A stretch of DNA of 64,000 bases. Source: the human T2T-CHM13v2.0 reference genome, Homo sapiens. Both the position numbers and the translations under genes were made by a program. The notes beneath the pieces are model-generated. The model had not been told where the DNA came from and did not search any database. It worked only from the letters and a program-made list of their open reading frames with translations. Numbering within the stretch: position 1 is the stretch's first letter; every line of letters begins with the position of its first letter. The DNA lies in NCBI RefSeq assembly GCF_009914755.1, contig NC_060939.1. One strand, given 5' to 3'. Of this stretch, positions 14,462 to 31,623 are shown piece after piece.

Positions 14462-17007
14462 CTTGGCAGGCTGGTGGACTTCCTTCTTAGCCGTGTCCTC
14501 CAGTGAAACAGCATTGCCAGCCTCTGGAAGGTAAACCTGAGACAAGAAAGAGGCCAAGAGGCACCATCCTCAGTCAGTAAGGATGACATGGCACCCTAAA
14601 ACAGCCATGGAATCCTCCCAGCAAGATGGTTAGAGAATTCTTGGCCATGGTCTTGAGGAGAGAGACCCTGGGGTCTCAGACTGCCATAAACACCCACCCT
14701 CCCAGCTCGGCTCTAGGGAGCTGTCCCACAAAGGGACAGAAATGAGGCACAGGCTAGAAGCAGGAAGAGAAGTACTTCCCAACCGACATCACCAGTCACC
14801 GTCCGAGTGTGGTGATGCCTTGCTGCCGACACCCACCACCTGACTGTTGCTGTCCTTTCTGTTTAAGTTATTCATAGCAGCCTGGGCCAGGACCTGTTTG
14901 CCGCTCCTGGCTTTAAAAGTCCCAGCTCCTCCCCTGCTCACCCATTAAAGGGCTAGCATCCTCCATCCATTGGGGCCTGATGGAAATATGAGAACATAGT
15001 TTAATGATTAAAAAAACGCTTGAATGGAGAAAAGACATAAACTGCATTTTTAGCCATCCATGGCTTTTAGTACAGTTTATTGGGATTGATATTTGGGGGC
15101 AGATAGTTAAAAAGAGGATCCCTGTTTTCCACACCCTTCATTGGTAGTTTGTGAGGTTGCATTTAATTTAATCCCTAGGTTTTGCTTCAACAAAATTGGA
15201 TAGGAAAGTCCTGGGTAGATCCTGGGGAGGATGCCTAGCAACCACATTCCTGGCGCTTCAGGGCAGCGTACTTGAAGCCCTCAAGTCCACCTGATGATGC
15301 TTGCCCTTCACCGGGTCATGTGAGCTTAAGTCAGCTACTCAGCTCTGACTGATGAGAGACCCCTGTGAATTTGGAAGTCAGATCTTCATGGTAAAAACAC
15401 TTTTGCATGAGATACACAGTCTTACATCTTCTTGGCTGCTCTAATGGCAAACTGGTCCAGAAGCTCAGGAGTAAAAACAAATCAACAACAACAAAAACAA
15501 AAACATAGCTGCTCCTGGTAGGCAAAACCCAACACCCTCCCAAGTCTCATCTAACCCTCAAGCAACCCTGGGTTCTGTGCCCACATCCTGTGTTCAGCTG
15601 AAACCCACATGACTTTGTAGAACTTCTGAATAAGAATAAAAACTAAGTTAATTTCCCTACATCAAAAATGAAAGTTAGGACCCTCTTGTCATGGTGATAA
15701 GACCATGATTCTTGGTGCCTTTAAAGGAAAATATTTGTTTCAGAAGTTTTACTGCAGGTCATAACTATATGGGTGGGGGAACAAATATAAGTAGCTTGAA
15801 AGTTACTGAAAAACTTCTCATATATCTTGAGATAGCATCTTACTCTGTCACCCAGGCTTGAGTGCAGTGGCATGATCTTGGCCCACTGCAGCCTCCACCT
15901 CCCGGGTTCAAGATTCTCCTGCCTCAGCCTCCCGAGTAGCTGGGATTACAGGCGGCCACCACCATGCCCAGCTAATTTTTGTATATATATATATTTTTTT
16001 TCAGTAGAAACAGGGTTTCGCCATGTTGGCCAGGCTTGTCTCAAACTCCTGACCTCAAGTAATCCACCTGCCTTGGCCTCCCAAAGGGCTGGGATTACAA
16101 GCACAAGCCACCACACCCAGCTGGGTTCTGGCCTTTTTGGTAATGTTATTCAGCTGTTTCTCTCAGGAACTTCCTAATAACGTACTTTAGCACTATTAAC
16201 AAAAGGACCACATGGTGAATTTCAGTGTTCCAGAGGTGATTCATTAGGTTGTTGTAGAGACTAGATCTTAAGGAGAAACTTGTTGCATGAAGATTTTCAT
16301 TCTGAAGGGACTTCTGGTACTGACTAGTACCAAAGCAGGTGGACTAGGGCTCAGTCTTAAAGATCACAGCCCTGCCCTGGCTGTTTGGAGTTTCACTTGG
16401 GACCTACTGTTTTTTATGAAGGTCCCCTACCCTTATCTGAAGTCTCATATGTCTACTGATCCCCTAGATGTTCTAACTTTCCTGCCATCATTTCATTATG
16501 TTAAGTTCAAGCCAAGCCTATGTTAGGCTTGGGGTAAACAGTGAATAAAGCAGATGCTTCCCACAGCCTGTTAGAGCTTCTTCTAGAATAAGAAGTACAC
16601 ACAGGTACACAGGATTGTTGGGTCAGATTTTAAAAAGACATTAGAGTGGCTCATACCTGTAATCCCAGCACTTTGGGAAGCTGAGGCAGGAGGATAGCTT
16701 GAGCCCATGAGTTCAAGACAAGCCTGGACAACATAGTGAGACCCCATCTCTATTAAAAATTTTTTCTTAAAGAAAAAAAATGACATTAGAAATATTTACA
16801 TTTGCTACATAAAACACTCTTTTATGGGGAGATTTTTTATCCATTGTTTCAGGTTCTTTAATAGCAGTAGATCTAGTCTGGCTTTCAATTTCTTCTTGAG
16901 TTTTAAGTTATATATCTTCTAGGAATTTGTCCATTACTTATAAATTTTCAAATTTGTTGGCATAAAGTTGTTCATAGTATAAGTGTATTTAAAAATCCAT
17001 GCTATAA

Positions 17008-17416
<409 letters not shown>

Positions 17417-17754
17417 TGAACTCCTGACCTCAGCTAATCCACTTACCTCGGCCTCCCAAAGTGCTGGGATTACAGGCGTGAGCCACCGTGCCTGGCCAAT
17501 TTTTTTTTTCTTTTTCTTTTTCTTTTTTTTTTTTTTTTTTTTAGTAGAGATAGGCTTTTGCCATGTTGGCCAGGCTGGTCTCAAACTCCTGGCTTCAAGT
17601 GATCCACCTGCCTCGGCCTCCAGAGTGCTAGGATTACAGGCGTGAGCCACTGCGTCCGGCCCTTTGTCTCCCTTTTTATTCCTAATATTATTCATCTCCT
17701 CCTTTGTTCTTCTTTCTAGAGTTTGTCTATTTTATTAGTCTTTTTAAAGAACCA

Positions 17755-18216
17755 TGTATGTCAGGTTTCCTTCAGGAAATAGATGGTGTATTCAAACTGG
17801 ATAATCTAATAAAGTTATATTTATAAAAGTATAGAAAGAGTATAGTGAAACCACAAGTAATAGCAGAATCCCCTGGGACTGGGACAAGAGGATGGAGCAG
17901 TCACCAGAACCTGGAGACAGAGAGGGCTGCCTGGCTTCAGATAATGTCAGCATCTGTGCTGTATGAGTTCCAGTGTGGCAGCCCTCTCCTAAATTACCCC
18001 AATTCCCTCTGGATCTGGGATCTGCTCCCTCCTCTTGCCCCTGAGGTCTGGGGGTGGGAAAGGCTCCCCACTCTTGCTAGTTCCAGGGTGCTTCACTGGC
18101 CTTTATGAGTTTCCCTTCACCCTGTTCACACCTTGGTGAATATTCTCTTCCTGACATGCTCCTCAGTTACACCACTTGAATGTGCCATCTGCTTCTTGTC
18201 GGGACCATGACTGACA
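17755..18216. mobile_element. Old LTR fragment (ERVL/MaLR-like)
   Basis: TGTA... start and ...GTGCCATCTGCTTC...GGGACCATGACTGACAC end typical of old LTRs; subfamily uncertain. Confidence 0.4.
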
Positions 18217-21200
18217 CTGCTCCATCACCAGCCTGCTGAGCTGTTCTTTAATTTGTCCTTGTTTAGCTGCCTTTCCCATACATCCCTCATCAGTGATTCT
18301 AAAAAATAGGCATTGTCCTCCTCCAGTCTTCCATACAACTCCCATCTCTACTCTCAGCAGTCAACCTCACCTCTTATGTTATGGGGAAAATAGAGGCCAT
18401 TGGGGCTGATCCACTTCAATTCATACTTGGAGGAAATTATACACAGCCACAGGCCCCCCACCTTGCACTTCCAGGTGGGGGGCTCTCCTCCTCTTCAAGT
18501 CCAGACTCTCTTCCTGGATGCTTGGCCCTTCAGCCACTTTTCTCTGTGTCTTGAGCCTCTCTGTTTTCCCCTTTCTTTTTCTTAGTGTATAGGATAGAAA
18601 TATCAGGATGTGTCCACTTCTTGGAGACAAATCCCTGTCTTGTTTTTGTTTCTTATTTTAACTGCCCTTCAGGTCTCTCCTACCTAACAAACCAAACTTC
18701 TCCATTTCCTCACATCATTCCTTCAACTGTTGCTTTCTGGCTTTTGACTCCATTATAGTGGTGGCAACAGGGACAAACAGACATAATCTCCATAAGCCCC
18801 TTCAACACTTTTTCTGGACAATTGACAATTATTTGACGTATTAGTTCTCTGCAAATGCAGGGTCAAGACAAGTCCCCTACCCTTACTTCCACCTAGATGC
18901 CACCTATATAATTCTCGGGCTTGAAAAAGTATATCTGGAGCTAACATTACTAGTTACTCCGCAGAGACTTTTCTCAATACCATTACCAGTGATTTTTCTT
19001 TCTTTCTTTTTAGTTTTAGAGATGGGGTCTCGCTCTTTCACCCAGACTGGAGTGCAGTGGCACGATTATAGCTCACTGCAAACTTGAACTTCTGGACTCC
19101 TGCCTCAACCTTCCAAGTAGCTGGGACTACGGCATACACCACCACACCCAGCTAATTTTTAAAATTTTTATAGAGATGGCGTCTCGCTTTTTTGCCCAGA
19201 CTGGTCTCAAACTCCTGGGCTCAAGTCGTCCTCCCACCTTGGCCTCCCAAAGTGCTGGGATTACAGATGTGAGCCACTTCTCTCGGCTGTGATTTCTTAA
19301 CTGTAAGTGCAAAAGACATGTTTCAGTCCTGACCTTAGCTGACATCTCTACAGCATTCAACACTGCTGATCACATCCTCCTTGGATCTCTGTGCTCCCAC
19401 AGCTTCCCAACACTTGTCTCCTGGCTCTTCCAGTACCTCTTGGGTCATTTTTCTTTGGCCCTTTTCCTGCTCCCCTCATCTTCTTCCCATCCTTTGAATA
19501 TCCGCTTCCTCAGGCTACTTCTCAGTCCTCTATATATCAAATATTCTTAATCTGAGGATCCCCTGAAATTGTGTATATGTTGGTGTGGTTTTCAGTATGT
19601 TTGTTTTTCTGGAAAGAGCATCTGTAGCTTTTATCACATCCTCAAAGGGATCAAGGATCTGCAAAGGTTAAATCCTCTGCAACCTGATATCCCTGGGCAA
19701 TCTCATCTCATGCTGATGATTTCCAAGTTGTTTTGTCAGATCAGACACCCCTCAACTTACAACACCTCAGTGTTTCTCATGTCCCATTCTTTACATAAAG
19801 CATAAGCCCCTTTACAATCTGGCCCTGACTGTCATAGAAAGCAACCAGTCTCCTATCTTAAAGTTCCCTACCTTCTAGATTGAGTTTCAGAAATAGTAAA
19901 CTGCTTTTAGCTGCATGGAGAAATTAGGGTTCCACTTTAGCCTTCTCTCGTAATCGCTGTGCACCAGGTTGTCCCTACACTGGAGACCTCTCGCCCTTGG
20001 TCTGGGAGCTATATTCTGTTGTTGATTAAGGCAGCTTTCTGTTCCAGTTCTGTCTTTCCAATGATATTGAAAGTGTGTATCTTAGCAGGTAATATGCTGT
20101 GCATTATGTCATATAAGCAACATGAAGTTACAAAGTAAGAGTTGTTTTAATTGGAAGGTGATTTCAGAATTGTCTTTATTGAATGGTCTTATTCTAATAT
20201 TCTAGTTATTCAAATGGGAAAAACAAACTCGGCCCAGGATTCATCTCCTCCAGGAGGCCTTCTCAGATAGGCTTTTCCCTTCCAGCCTGGGATAGGCACC
20301 CTTATGTGTGCTCACTGATCCTTATGCTTTTTGCTCATTGCACCTACCACACTGTGTCGTCATTCTGTTTCTAAATTTGTCACTCCCACTTGCAAGCAGA
20401 GATGTTCCTCATCTCTGTGCCCCTGGCACTTAACACAGTCTCTGGAACAGAGTAGGTTCTTAGTAGATGTTGACTGAGCTGAACTGGAATGGAAAATTAT
20501 GGACCTTTCCCTGAGAGAGAGACTTCTTCAGAGGGGTTTCTTGCCAGCCACCTGGGTGTGTCCTACTCCAGCTCACTCCTCACGTTCTTCCCAAGAAATT
20601 TCATTCCAAGAAACAAACCAGAATATCTAAGCCAGAAATCATAAAAGAAAAGATACGTAGATTTCACTAAAGAAAGTTAAACTTCTATATTGAAGACATA
20701 TTTATGCCAAAGTAAATGCTAGATGGAGCAAAGATTTAAACATAAAAAAAATCTCAAAACGGTGGCTGGCAAGATGGCCAAATAGGAATAGCTCTGGTCT
20801 GTAGCTCCAAGAGAGATCAACACAGAAAGTGGGTGATTTCTGCATTTCCAACTGAGGTACCCAGCTCATCTCACTGGGACTGGTTAGACAGTGGGTGCAG
20901 CCCACGGAGGGTGAGCCAAAGCAGGGTGGGGCATTGCCTTACCCGGGAAGTGCAAGGGGTTGGGGAACTCCCTCTCCTAGCCAAGGGACTGTGAGGGACT
21001 GTGCCTTGAGGGACGGTGCACTCTGACCCAGATACTACGCTTTTCCCATCCTCTTCACAACCCACAGAACAGGAGATTCCCTCAGGTGCCTATGCCACCA
21101 GGGCCTTGGGTTTCAAGCACAAAACTGGGCAGCTGTTTGGGCAGACACTGAGCTAGCTGCAGTTTTTTTTTTCATACCCCAGTGGCGTCTGGCATGCCAG

Positions 21201-23296
21201 CGAGACAGAACCATTCACTCCTCTGGAAAGGGTGCTGAAGCCAGGGAGCCAAGTGGTCTAGCTCAGTGGATCCCACCCCCACAGAGCCCAGCAAGCTGAG
21301 ATGCACTGGCTTGAAATTCTCACTGCCAGCACAGCAGTCTGAAGTCAAGCTGGGACACTTGAGCTTGGTGGGGGGAGGGGCGTTTGCCATTACTGAGGCT
21401 TGAGTAGGTGGTTTTCACCTCACAGTGTAAACAAAGCCACCAGGAAGTTCAAACTGGGTGGAGTCCACTGCAGCTCCGCAAAGCTGCTGTAGCCAGACTG
21501 CCTCTCTAGATTCCTCCTCTCTGGGCAGGGTATCTCTGAAAGAAAGGCAGTAGCCCCAGTCAGGGGCTTATAGATAAAACTCCCATCTCCCTGGGACAGA
21601 CAGAGCACCTGGTAGAAGGGGCAGCTGTGGGCACAGCTTCAGCAGACTTAAACATTCCTGCCTGCTGACTCTGAAGAGAGCAGCGGATCTCCCAGCATAG
21701 TGCTCAAGCTCTGCTGAGGGACAGACTGCCTCCTCAAGTGTGTCCCTGACCCCCATGCCTCCTGACTGGGAGACACCTCCCAGCAGGGGTCGACAGACAC
21801 TTCATACAGGAGAGCTCCGGCTGGCATCTTGTGGGTGCCCCTCTGGGACAAAAATTCCAGAGGAAGGAACAAGCAGCAATCTTTGCCGTTCTGCAGTCTC
21901 CGCTGGTGATACCCAGGAAAACAGGGTCTGGAGTGGACCTCCAGCAAACTCCAACAGACCTGCAGCAGAGGGGCCTGACTGTTAGAAGGAAAACTAACAA
22001 ACAGAAAGGAATAGCATCAACATAAAAAAAAAAAAAATCCACACAGAAACCCCATCCGAAGGTTACCAACATCAAAGACCAAAGGTAGATAAATCCATGA
22101 AGATGAGGAAAAACCAGCACAAAAAGGCTGAAAATTCTAAAAACCAGAACATCCCTTCTCCTCCAAAGGATCACAACTCCTTCCAGCAAGGGAACAAAAG
22201 TGGACAGAGAATGAGTTTGATGAATTGACAGAAGAGGCTTCAGAAGGTGGGTAATAACAAACTGCTCCAAGCTAAAGGAGCATGTTCTAACCCAATGCAA
22301 GGAAGCTAAGAAGCTTGAAAAAAGGTTGGAGGAATTGCTAACTAGAATAACTAGTTTAGAGAAGAACATAAATGACCTGATAGAGCTGAAAAACACAGCA
22401 CAAGAACTTTGTGAAGCATTCACAAGTATTAATAGCTGAATTGATCAAGCAGAAGAAGGAATACCGGCGATTGAAGATCAGCTTAATGAAATAAAGCAAG
22501 ACGACAAGATTAGAAAAAAAAAATGAAAAGTAATGAACAAAGCCTCTGAGAAATATGGCACTATGTGGAAAAGACCAAATCTACATTTGATTGGTGTACC
22601 CGAAAGTGATGGGGAGAATGGAAACAAGCTGGAAAACACTCTTCAGGATATTATCCAGGAGAACTTCCCCAACCTAGCAAGACAGGCCAACATTCAAATT
22701 CAGGAAATATGGAGAACACCACGAAGATATTCCTCGAGAAGAGCAACCCCAAGACACATAATCATCAGATCCACCAAGGTTGAAATGAAGGAAAAAATGT
22801 TAAGAGCAGCCAGAGAGAAAGGTTGGGTTACCCAGAAAGGTAAGTCCATCAGACTAACAGTGGATCTCTCTGCAGAAACCCTACAATCCAGAAGAGAGTT
22901 GGGACCAATATTTAACATTCTTCAAGGAAAGAATTTTCAACCCAGAATTTCATATCCAGCCAAACTAAGCTTCATAAGTGAAGGAGAAATAAAATCCTTT
23001 ACAGACAAGCAAATGCTGAGAGATTTTGTCACCAACAGGCCTGCCTTACAAGAGCTCCTGAAGGAAGCACTAAACATGGAAAGGAACAACCGATACCAGC
23101 CATTGCAAAAACATACCAAATTGTAAAGACCATCAACACTATGAAGAAACTGTGTCAACTAACGGGCAAAATAACCGGCTAGCATCATAATGACAGGATC
23201 AAATTCACACATAACAATATTAACCTTAAATGTAAACAGGCTAAATGCCCCAATTAAAAGACACAGACTGGCAAACTGGATAAAAAGTCAAGACCC

Positions 23297-23636
<340 letters not shown>

Positions 23637-25663
23637 TCATGTGCAAAGACACACATAGGTTCAAAATAAAGGGATGGAGGAATATTTACCAAGGAAATGG
23701 AAAGCAAATAAAGCAGGGGTTGCAATCCTAGTCCCAGATAAAACAGACTTTAAACCAACAAAGATCAAAAGAGACAAAGAAGGGCATTACATAATGGTAA
23801 AGGGATCAATGCAGCAAGAAGAGCTAACTATCCTAAATATATATGCACCCAATACAGGAGCACCCAGATTCATAAAGCAAGTTCTTAGAGACCTACAAAG
23901 AGACTTAGACTCCCACACAATAATAGTGGGAGACTTTAACACCCCACTGTCAATATTAGACAGATCAACGAGACAGAAAATTAACAAGGATATTCAGGAC
24001 TTGAACTCAGCTCTGGACCAAGTGGACCTAATAGACATCTACAGAACTCTCCACCCCAAATCAACAGCATATACATTCTTCTCAGCACCACATCGCACTT
24101 GTTCTAAAATTGACCACATAATTGGAAGTAAAACACTCCTCAGCAAATGCAAAAGAACGGAAATCATAAAAAACAGTCTCTCAGACCACAGTGCAATCAA
24201 ATTAGAACTCAGGATTAAGAAACTCACTCAAAACTGCAAAACTACATGGAAACTGAACAACCTGCTCCTGAATGACTACTGGGTAAATAACAATATTAAG
24301 GCAGAAATAAATAAGTTCTTTGAAACCAATGAGAACAAAGACACAACGTACCAGCATCTCTGGGCCACATTTAAAGCAGTGTTTAAAGGGAAAGTTATAG
24401 AACTAAATGCCCACAAGAGGAAGTAGGAAAGATCTAAAATTGACACCTTAACATCACAATTAAAAGAACTAGAGAAATAAGAGCAAACAAATTCAAAAGC
24501 TAGCAGAAGACAAGAAATAACTAAGATCAGAGCTGAACTGAAGGAGACAGAGACATGAAAAACCCTTCAAAAAATCAGTGAATCCAGCAGCTGTTTTTTT
24601 GAAAAGATCAATAAAATAGACAACTAGCCATACTAATAAAGAAGAAAAGAGAGAAGAATAAAATAGACACAATAAAAAATGATAAAGGGGATATCACCAC
24701 TGATCCCACAGAAATACAAACTAGCATCAGAGAATACTATAAAAACCTCTATGCAAATAAACTAGAAAATCTAGAAGAAATGGATAAATTCCTGGACACA
24801 TACACCCTCCCGAGACTAAACCAGGAAGAAGTTGAATCCCTGAATAGACCAATAACAAGTTCTGAAATTGAGGCAGTAATTAATAGCCTACTAATCAAAA
24901 AAGTCCAGGACCAGATGGACTCACAGCTGAATTCTACCAGAGGTACAATGAGGAGCTGGTACCATTCCTTCTGAAACTATTCCAAACAATAGAAAAAGAG
25001 GTAATCCTCCCTAACTCATTTGATGAGGCCAGCATCATCCTGATACCAAAACCTGGCAGAGACACAACAAAAAAAGAAAATTTCAAAGGTCAATATCCCT
25101 GATGAACATTGATGTGAAAGTCCTCAATAAAATACTGGCAAACCAAATCCAGCAGCACATCAAAAAGCTTATCCACCATGATCAAGTCAGCTTCATCCCT
25201 GGGATGCAAGGCTGGTTCAACATACACAAATCGATTAACGTAATCCATCACATAAATAGAACCAATGACAAAAACCACGTGATTATCTCAATAGATGCAG
25301 AAAAGGCCTTCAACAAAATTCAACACCCTTTCATGCTAAAAACTCTCAATAAACTAGGTATTGATGGAACGTATCTCAAAATAATAAGAGCTATTTATGA
25401 CAAACACACAGCCAATATCATACTGAATGGGCAAAAACTGGAAGCATTCCCTTTGAAAACCAGCACAAGAAAAGGATGCCTTCTCTCACCACTCCTATTC
25501 AACATAGTATTGGAAGTTCTGGCCAGGGCAATCAGGCAAAAGAAAGAAATAAAGGGTATTCAAATAGGAAGAGAGGAAGTCAAATTGTCTCTGCTTGCAG
25601 ATGACATGATTGTATATTTAGAAAACCCCATAGTCTCAGCCCAAAATCTCCTTAAGCTGATAA

Positions 25664-25795
<132 letters not shown>

Positions 25796-25962
25796 TAGGA
25801 ATCCAACTTACAAGTCATGTGAAGGACCTCTTCAAGGAGAACTACAAACCACTCCTCAAGGAAATAAGAGAGGACACAAAGAAGTGGAAAATCATTCCAT
25901 GCTCATGGATAGGAAGAATCAATATCGTGAAAATGGCCAAAGTAATTTATAGATTCTCTGCT

Positions 25963-26416
<454 letters not shown>

Positions 26417-27663
26417 TGACTTCAAACTATACTACAAGGCTACAGTAACCAGAACAGCATGGCACTGGTATCAAAACAGATATATCGACCAATGGAACTG
26501 AACAGAGGCCTCAGAAATAACACCACACATCTACAACCATCTGATCTTTCACAAACCTGACAAAAACAAGCAGTGGGGGAAAGGATTCCCTATTTAATGA
26601 ATGGTGTTGGGAAGACTGGCTATCCATATGCAGAAAACTGAAACTGGACCCCTTCCTTACACTTTATACAAAAATTAACTCAAGATGGATTAAAGACTTA
26701 AATGTAAGATTGAAAACCATAAAAACCCCAGAAGAAAACCTAGGCAATACCATTCAGGACATAGGAGTGGGCAAAGACTTCATGACTAAAACAATAAAAG
26801 CAATGGCAACAAAAGCCAAAATTGACAAGTGGTATCTAATTAAACTAAAGAGCTTCTGCACAGCAAAAGAAACTGTCATCAGAGTGAATGGGCAACCTAC
26901 AGAATGGGAGAAAATGTTTGCAATCTATCCATCTGACAAAGGGCTAATATCCAGAATCTACAAAGAACTTAAACAAATGTACAAGAAAAAAGCAAACAAC
27001 CCCATCAAAAAGTGGGCAAAGGATATGAACAAACACTTCTCAAAAGAAGACATTTATGCAGCCAACAAACATATGAAAAAAAGCTCATCAACATTGGTCA
27101 TTAGAGAAATGCAAATCAAAACCACAAAGAGATACCAACTCATGCCAGTTAGAATGGTGATCATTAAAAAGTCAGGAAACAACAGATGCTGGGAGGATGT
27201 GGAGAAATAAGAATGCTTTTACACTGTTGGTGGAAGTGTAAATTAGTTCAACCATTGTGGAAGACAGTGTGGTGATTCCTTAAGGATCTAGAACCAGAAA
27301 TACCATTTGACCCAACAATCCAATTACTGGGTACATACCCAAAGGATTATAAATCATGCTGCTATAAAGACACATGCACAGCTATGTTTACTGCAGCACC
27401 GTTCACAACAGCAAAGACTTGGAACCAACCCAAATGCCCATTAATGATAGCCTGGATAACGAACATGTGGCACATATACACCATGGAATACTATGCAGCC
27501 ATGAAAAAGGATGAGTTCATGTCCTTTGCAGGGACATGGATGAAGCTGGAAACCACCATTCTCAGCAAACTAACACAAGAACAGAAAACCAAATACTGCA
27601 TGCTCTCACTCATAAGTGGGAGTTGAACAATGAGAACACATGGACACAGGGAGGGGAACATCA

Positions 27664-28203
<540 letters not shown>

Positions 28204-29317
28204 CTATCACCCCAAATCCATAGGCTATGAAGGGTGGCTGACAAATTTGTCTACAAAAAAATTTAAGATTGCTGAGTGGCAAATATAAAACCACAAATAA
28301 AGTCAAAATATTTTTTTTTTTTTTTTGAGACTGGGTCTCACTGTGTTGCCAAGGCTGGAGGGCAATGGCACAGTCACAGCTCACTGCAGCCTCCACCTCC
28401 TGGGCTCAAGTGATCCTCCCACCTCAGCTTCCTGAGTAGCTGGGACCACAGGCACACGCAACCATGCCTGGCTTTTTTTTTTTTTTTGGTATAAACAGCA
28501 TCTCACAATGTTGTCTAGTCTGCTCTTGAACTCCTGGGCTCAAGTGATCCTCCCACCTTGGCCTCCCAAAGTGCTGGGATTACAGTCCTGAGCCACCATG
28601 CCTTTATTTTTATCTGGTAATCTTAAATTTACCTTTGAAAGTCATTTAAAAAAACTTATGGGTAAAAATTATTTTTGTTGTTTCTGAAGATGTTAAGAGT
28701 TCAGAAAAAGAGATATTTATGTTAAGCTCAGATCTTTTTAGCAATAGCTTCTTCACAACTGCTTGTTATCATATATTATCCAATCAGTAACCATGTCAAA
28801 ATTAACATAATGCTGTTGACAGATAACATAAAAATAAGTTTGCTATTTTCTCTGACATTTACTTTGAAAATTCTTTACTTTAGTTAAGTGTGAATGTCTG
28901 TTAACACAGAATGTCTGTGTCCTTATGGAGACTGAGAAATCTTTGACCATGCTTTTTACTTTTTCAAATAGAAAAACTGTCCTAATTTAAATAATAATTT
29001 AAATTTATATTTTAATTAATTATAAAAATATGAGCTTTGGGGAATATAGGCTAAGTGTATAAAACTACTTTTTTTAACTGATATTTTATGTTAAAATATA
29101 TTTGGTTATAAAAAACTCAAAAATGTTATTGTTTTTCAAAACCATGCCTCTATTTACATTACAGGAAAGGTGCACATATAGACAGAGAAAAGTTGAGATT
29201 TTGTCTACCAAACCTATGTTCAATCCATAATAGGTAATTGTCCAATGATTTATAACATAACATAAAAAGATTTTCTGTGATTAATCTATAACTGCTACGC
29301 TTACAGAGAAACTTCTA

Positions 29318-29663
<346 letters not shown>

Positions 29664-31149
29664 TAATATAAAGTAAACCTGGGCACGGTGGCACACACCT
29701 GTAGTACCATCTGCTCAGGAGGCTAAGAAAAGGCCAGCCTAGGCAACATAAAGAGACTCTGTCTCAAATAAATAGATAAATAAATAAGATACAAAGTAAA
29801 ACAAGGAGATACAATTGATGATAATGACCAGCTAGGGGAAGAGTGTGGGGAGATAAATATCGTCCTTATTTTATAGAGGGAGGATAACCTGGTACAAAGA
29901 CTCTGGAGGCAGTTTCACAGTGTGTAGCCTGAATTATAATAGGGAAAAACTGCGAACATCTTCAATACAGGATTAGGTAAAAATGTATGGCATGTTTTAT
30001 ACAATGAAATACTGTGAACACATGAAAAAACAATATAGATCTCTATTATTATAGAAATAGATACACTGTCCATGATAAACGGTTAAATAAAAAGCAGTTT
30101 GCAGAGAAATCTCTGCACAATGATTGCATCTTTGTAAACATATATATTCATATTCATATCTGTATATAAATAGAGAAAGAATAAACAATGGATTAGCAGT
30201 GGTTATCTTTGGTTTATAGAATAACAGGTAATTTAAATGTTTATCTTTATCCTTACCTATTGTCTGAAGTTTTCATAATGGCCATGAATTTTATAATTAG
30301 AAAAAATAAAGCTATGTGGATAAGGTTTGTAAAATAGCAAACAAAAAATACCCCAAAGACAAAAACCAACGACAACAACAACAAAAAAACCAGCTCTGTT
30401 GGTACCTGCATCACAGTCTAAAGGATAAAGTTCATATTCTTTACCTTGACACTAAGTCTTCTGCAGGCTCCTCCTGATGGGGCTAATTTCCTGGTATCAT
30501 AATCTATATATTGCCTATAACCAGAGCCTATGAGCTCACCAGAGGAGGAACTTTCCCCAGTGCCGAGGAGCTAGCAGGCACTCAGTAAAGAATCCTTGAA
30601 CGACTGTGGTGAACACTGAGATCAGATGGATAGGTTGGGGCCAGGTTGTAGAGGCATTTAGGCCAGGCTAAGAAGAAGAAAACCAAAACTTTGGGATATC
30701 TTTGTCTTGGGGGCTGGAGGCCCCTCCTCTTACTCTTGTTCCTCTTCAACACTGGCAACAGCAGGTAGAGCAGGAGTGGTCTGGCCCATTTGGAGCGTGA
30801 CATCTGAGAAATGGCTCAGAAATGGCAGCACTGCCAGGACTCTGGCCTGTGATTCTCATGTGATGTGCTGGGCCCACATCACTGGGGCTAACTCAGCTCA
30901 GTTTGTGGCAGTGATAGGAGGGGAAGACCAGGGCTCCTGACCAAGCCAGGCTTTGGCAAAACTCCTACCTTCCTCAGCTATGGAGCTGATGATAACCTGC
31001 CTCCAACATGAGTGTGCTCAGAATGCTCTGTGTAGCCAGAGCCTAGTTAACCAAGAGGTAAACTTGACTTGGAAAAGGCAAATATTTATACTGAACTAAG
31101 CTCCTGGAAACCAAGGCCAAAATGTCCATGATTCTGGAAAAAGGGGAAG

Positions 31150-31623
31150 AACTAATTTTCTATTGCTGCTGTAACGAATTTCCAAAAACTTGGTGGCTTA
31201 AGAAAACAGTTTATCATCTTGTATTTCTGTAGCTCAGAAGTCTAACACAAATATGATGGGGCTAAAAATCAAGGTGGCAGCCGAGAAGCACTCCTTTCTG
31301 GAGACTCTATGGGAGAACCCATGTCTTTGGCTTTTCCACCTTCTAGAGGCCACCTGCATCCCTTGATTCATGGCCTGTTCCTTCATCTTCAAAGCCAGCT
31401 TGTGGCATCTCTGACCATTCTTCTGCAGTCACATCTCCCTCTGACTACCATCAGGAAAAGTTCTCTGCTTTAAAGGACCCCTGTGATTACACTGGGCGTA
31501 CCCAAATAATTCCTGATAATCTCCTTTGTAAAAGGTCCTTAACTTTAATTACATCTGCAAAATCCCTTATACCATGTAAAGTAATGTTTCTGCAGGTTCT
31601 GGGGCATTATTCTGCCTACCACA
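31150..31623 (-). mobile_element. MLT1-type MaLR LTR
   Basis: TTGCTGCTGTAAC..AAACTTGGTGGCTTAA...ATTATTCTGCCTACCACA pattern. Confidence 0.7.

Noticed and set aside
14780-14930. Possible proximal PATL2 first exon/promoter (donor-like GTGACT at about 14799-14794)
   Set aside because: Weak donor and no clear promoter signature; cannot be supported from sequence alone
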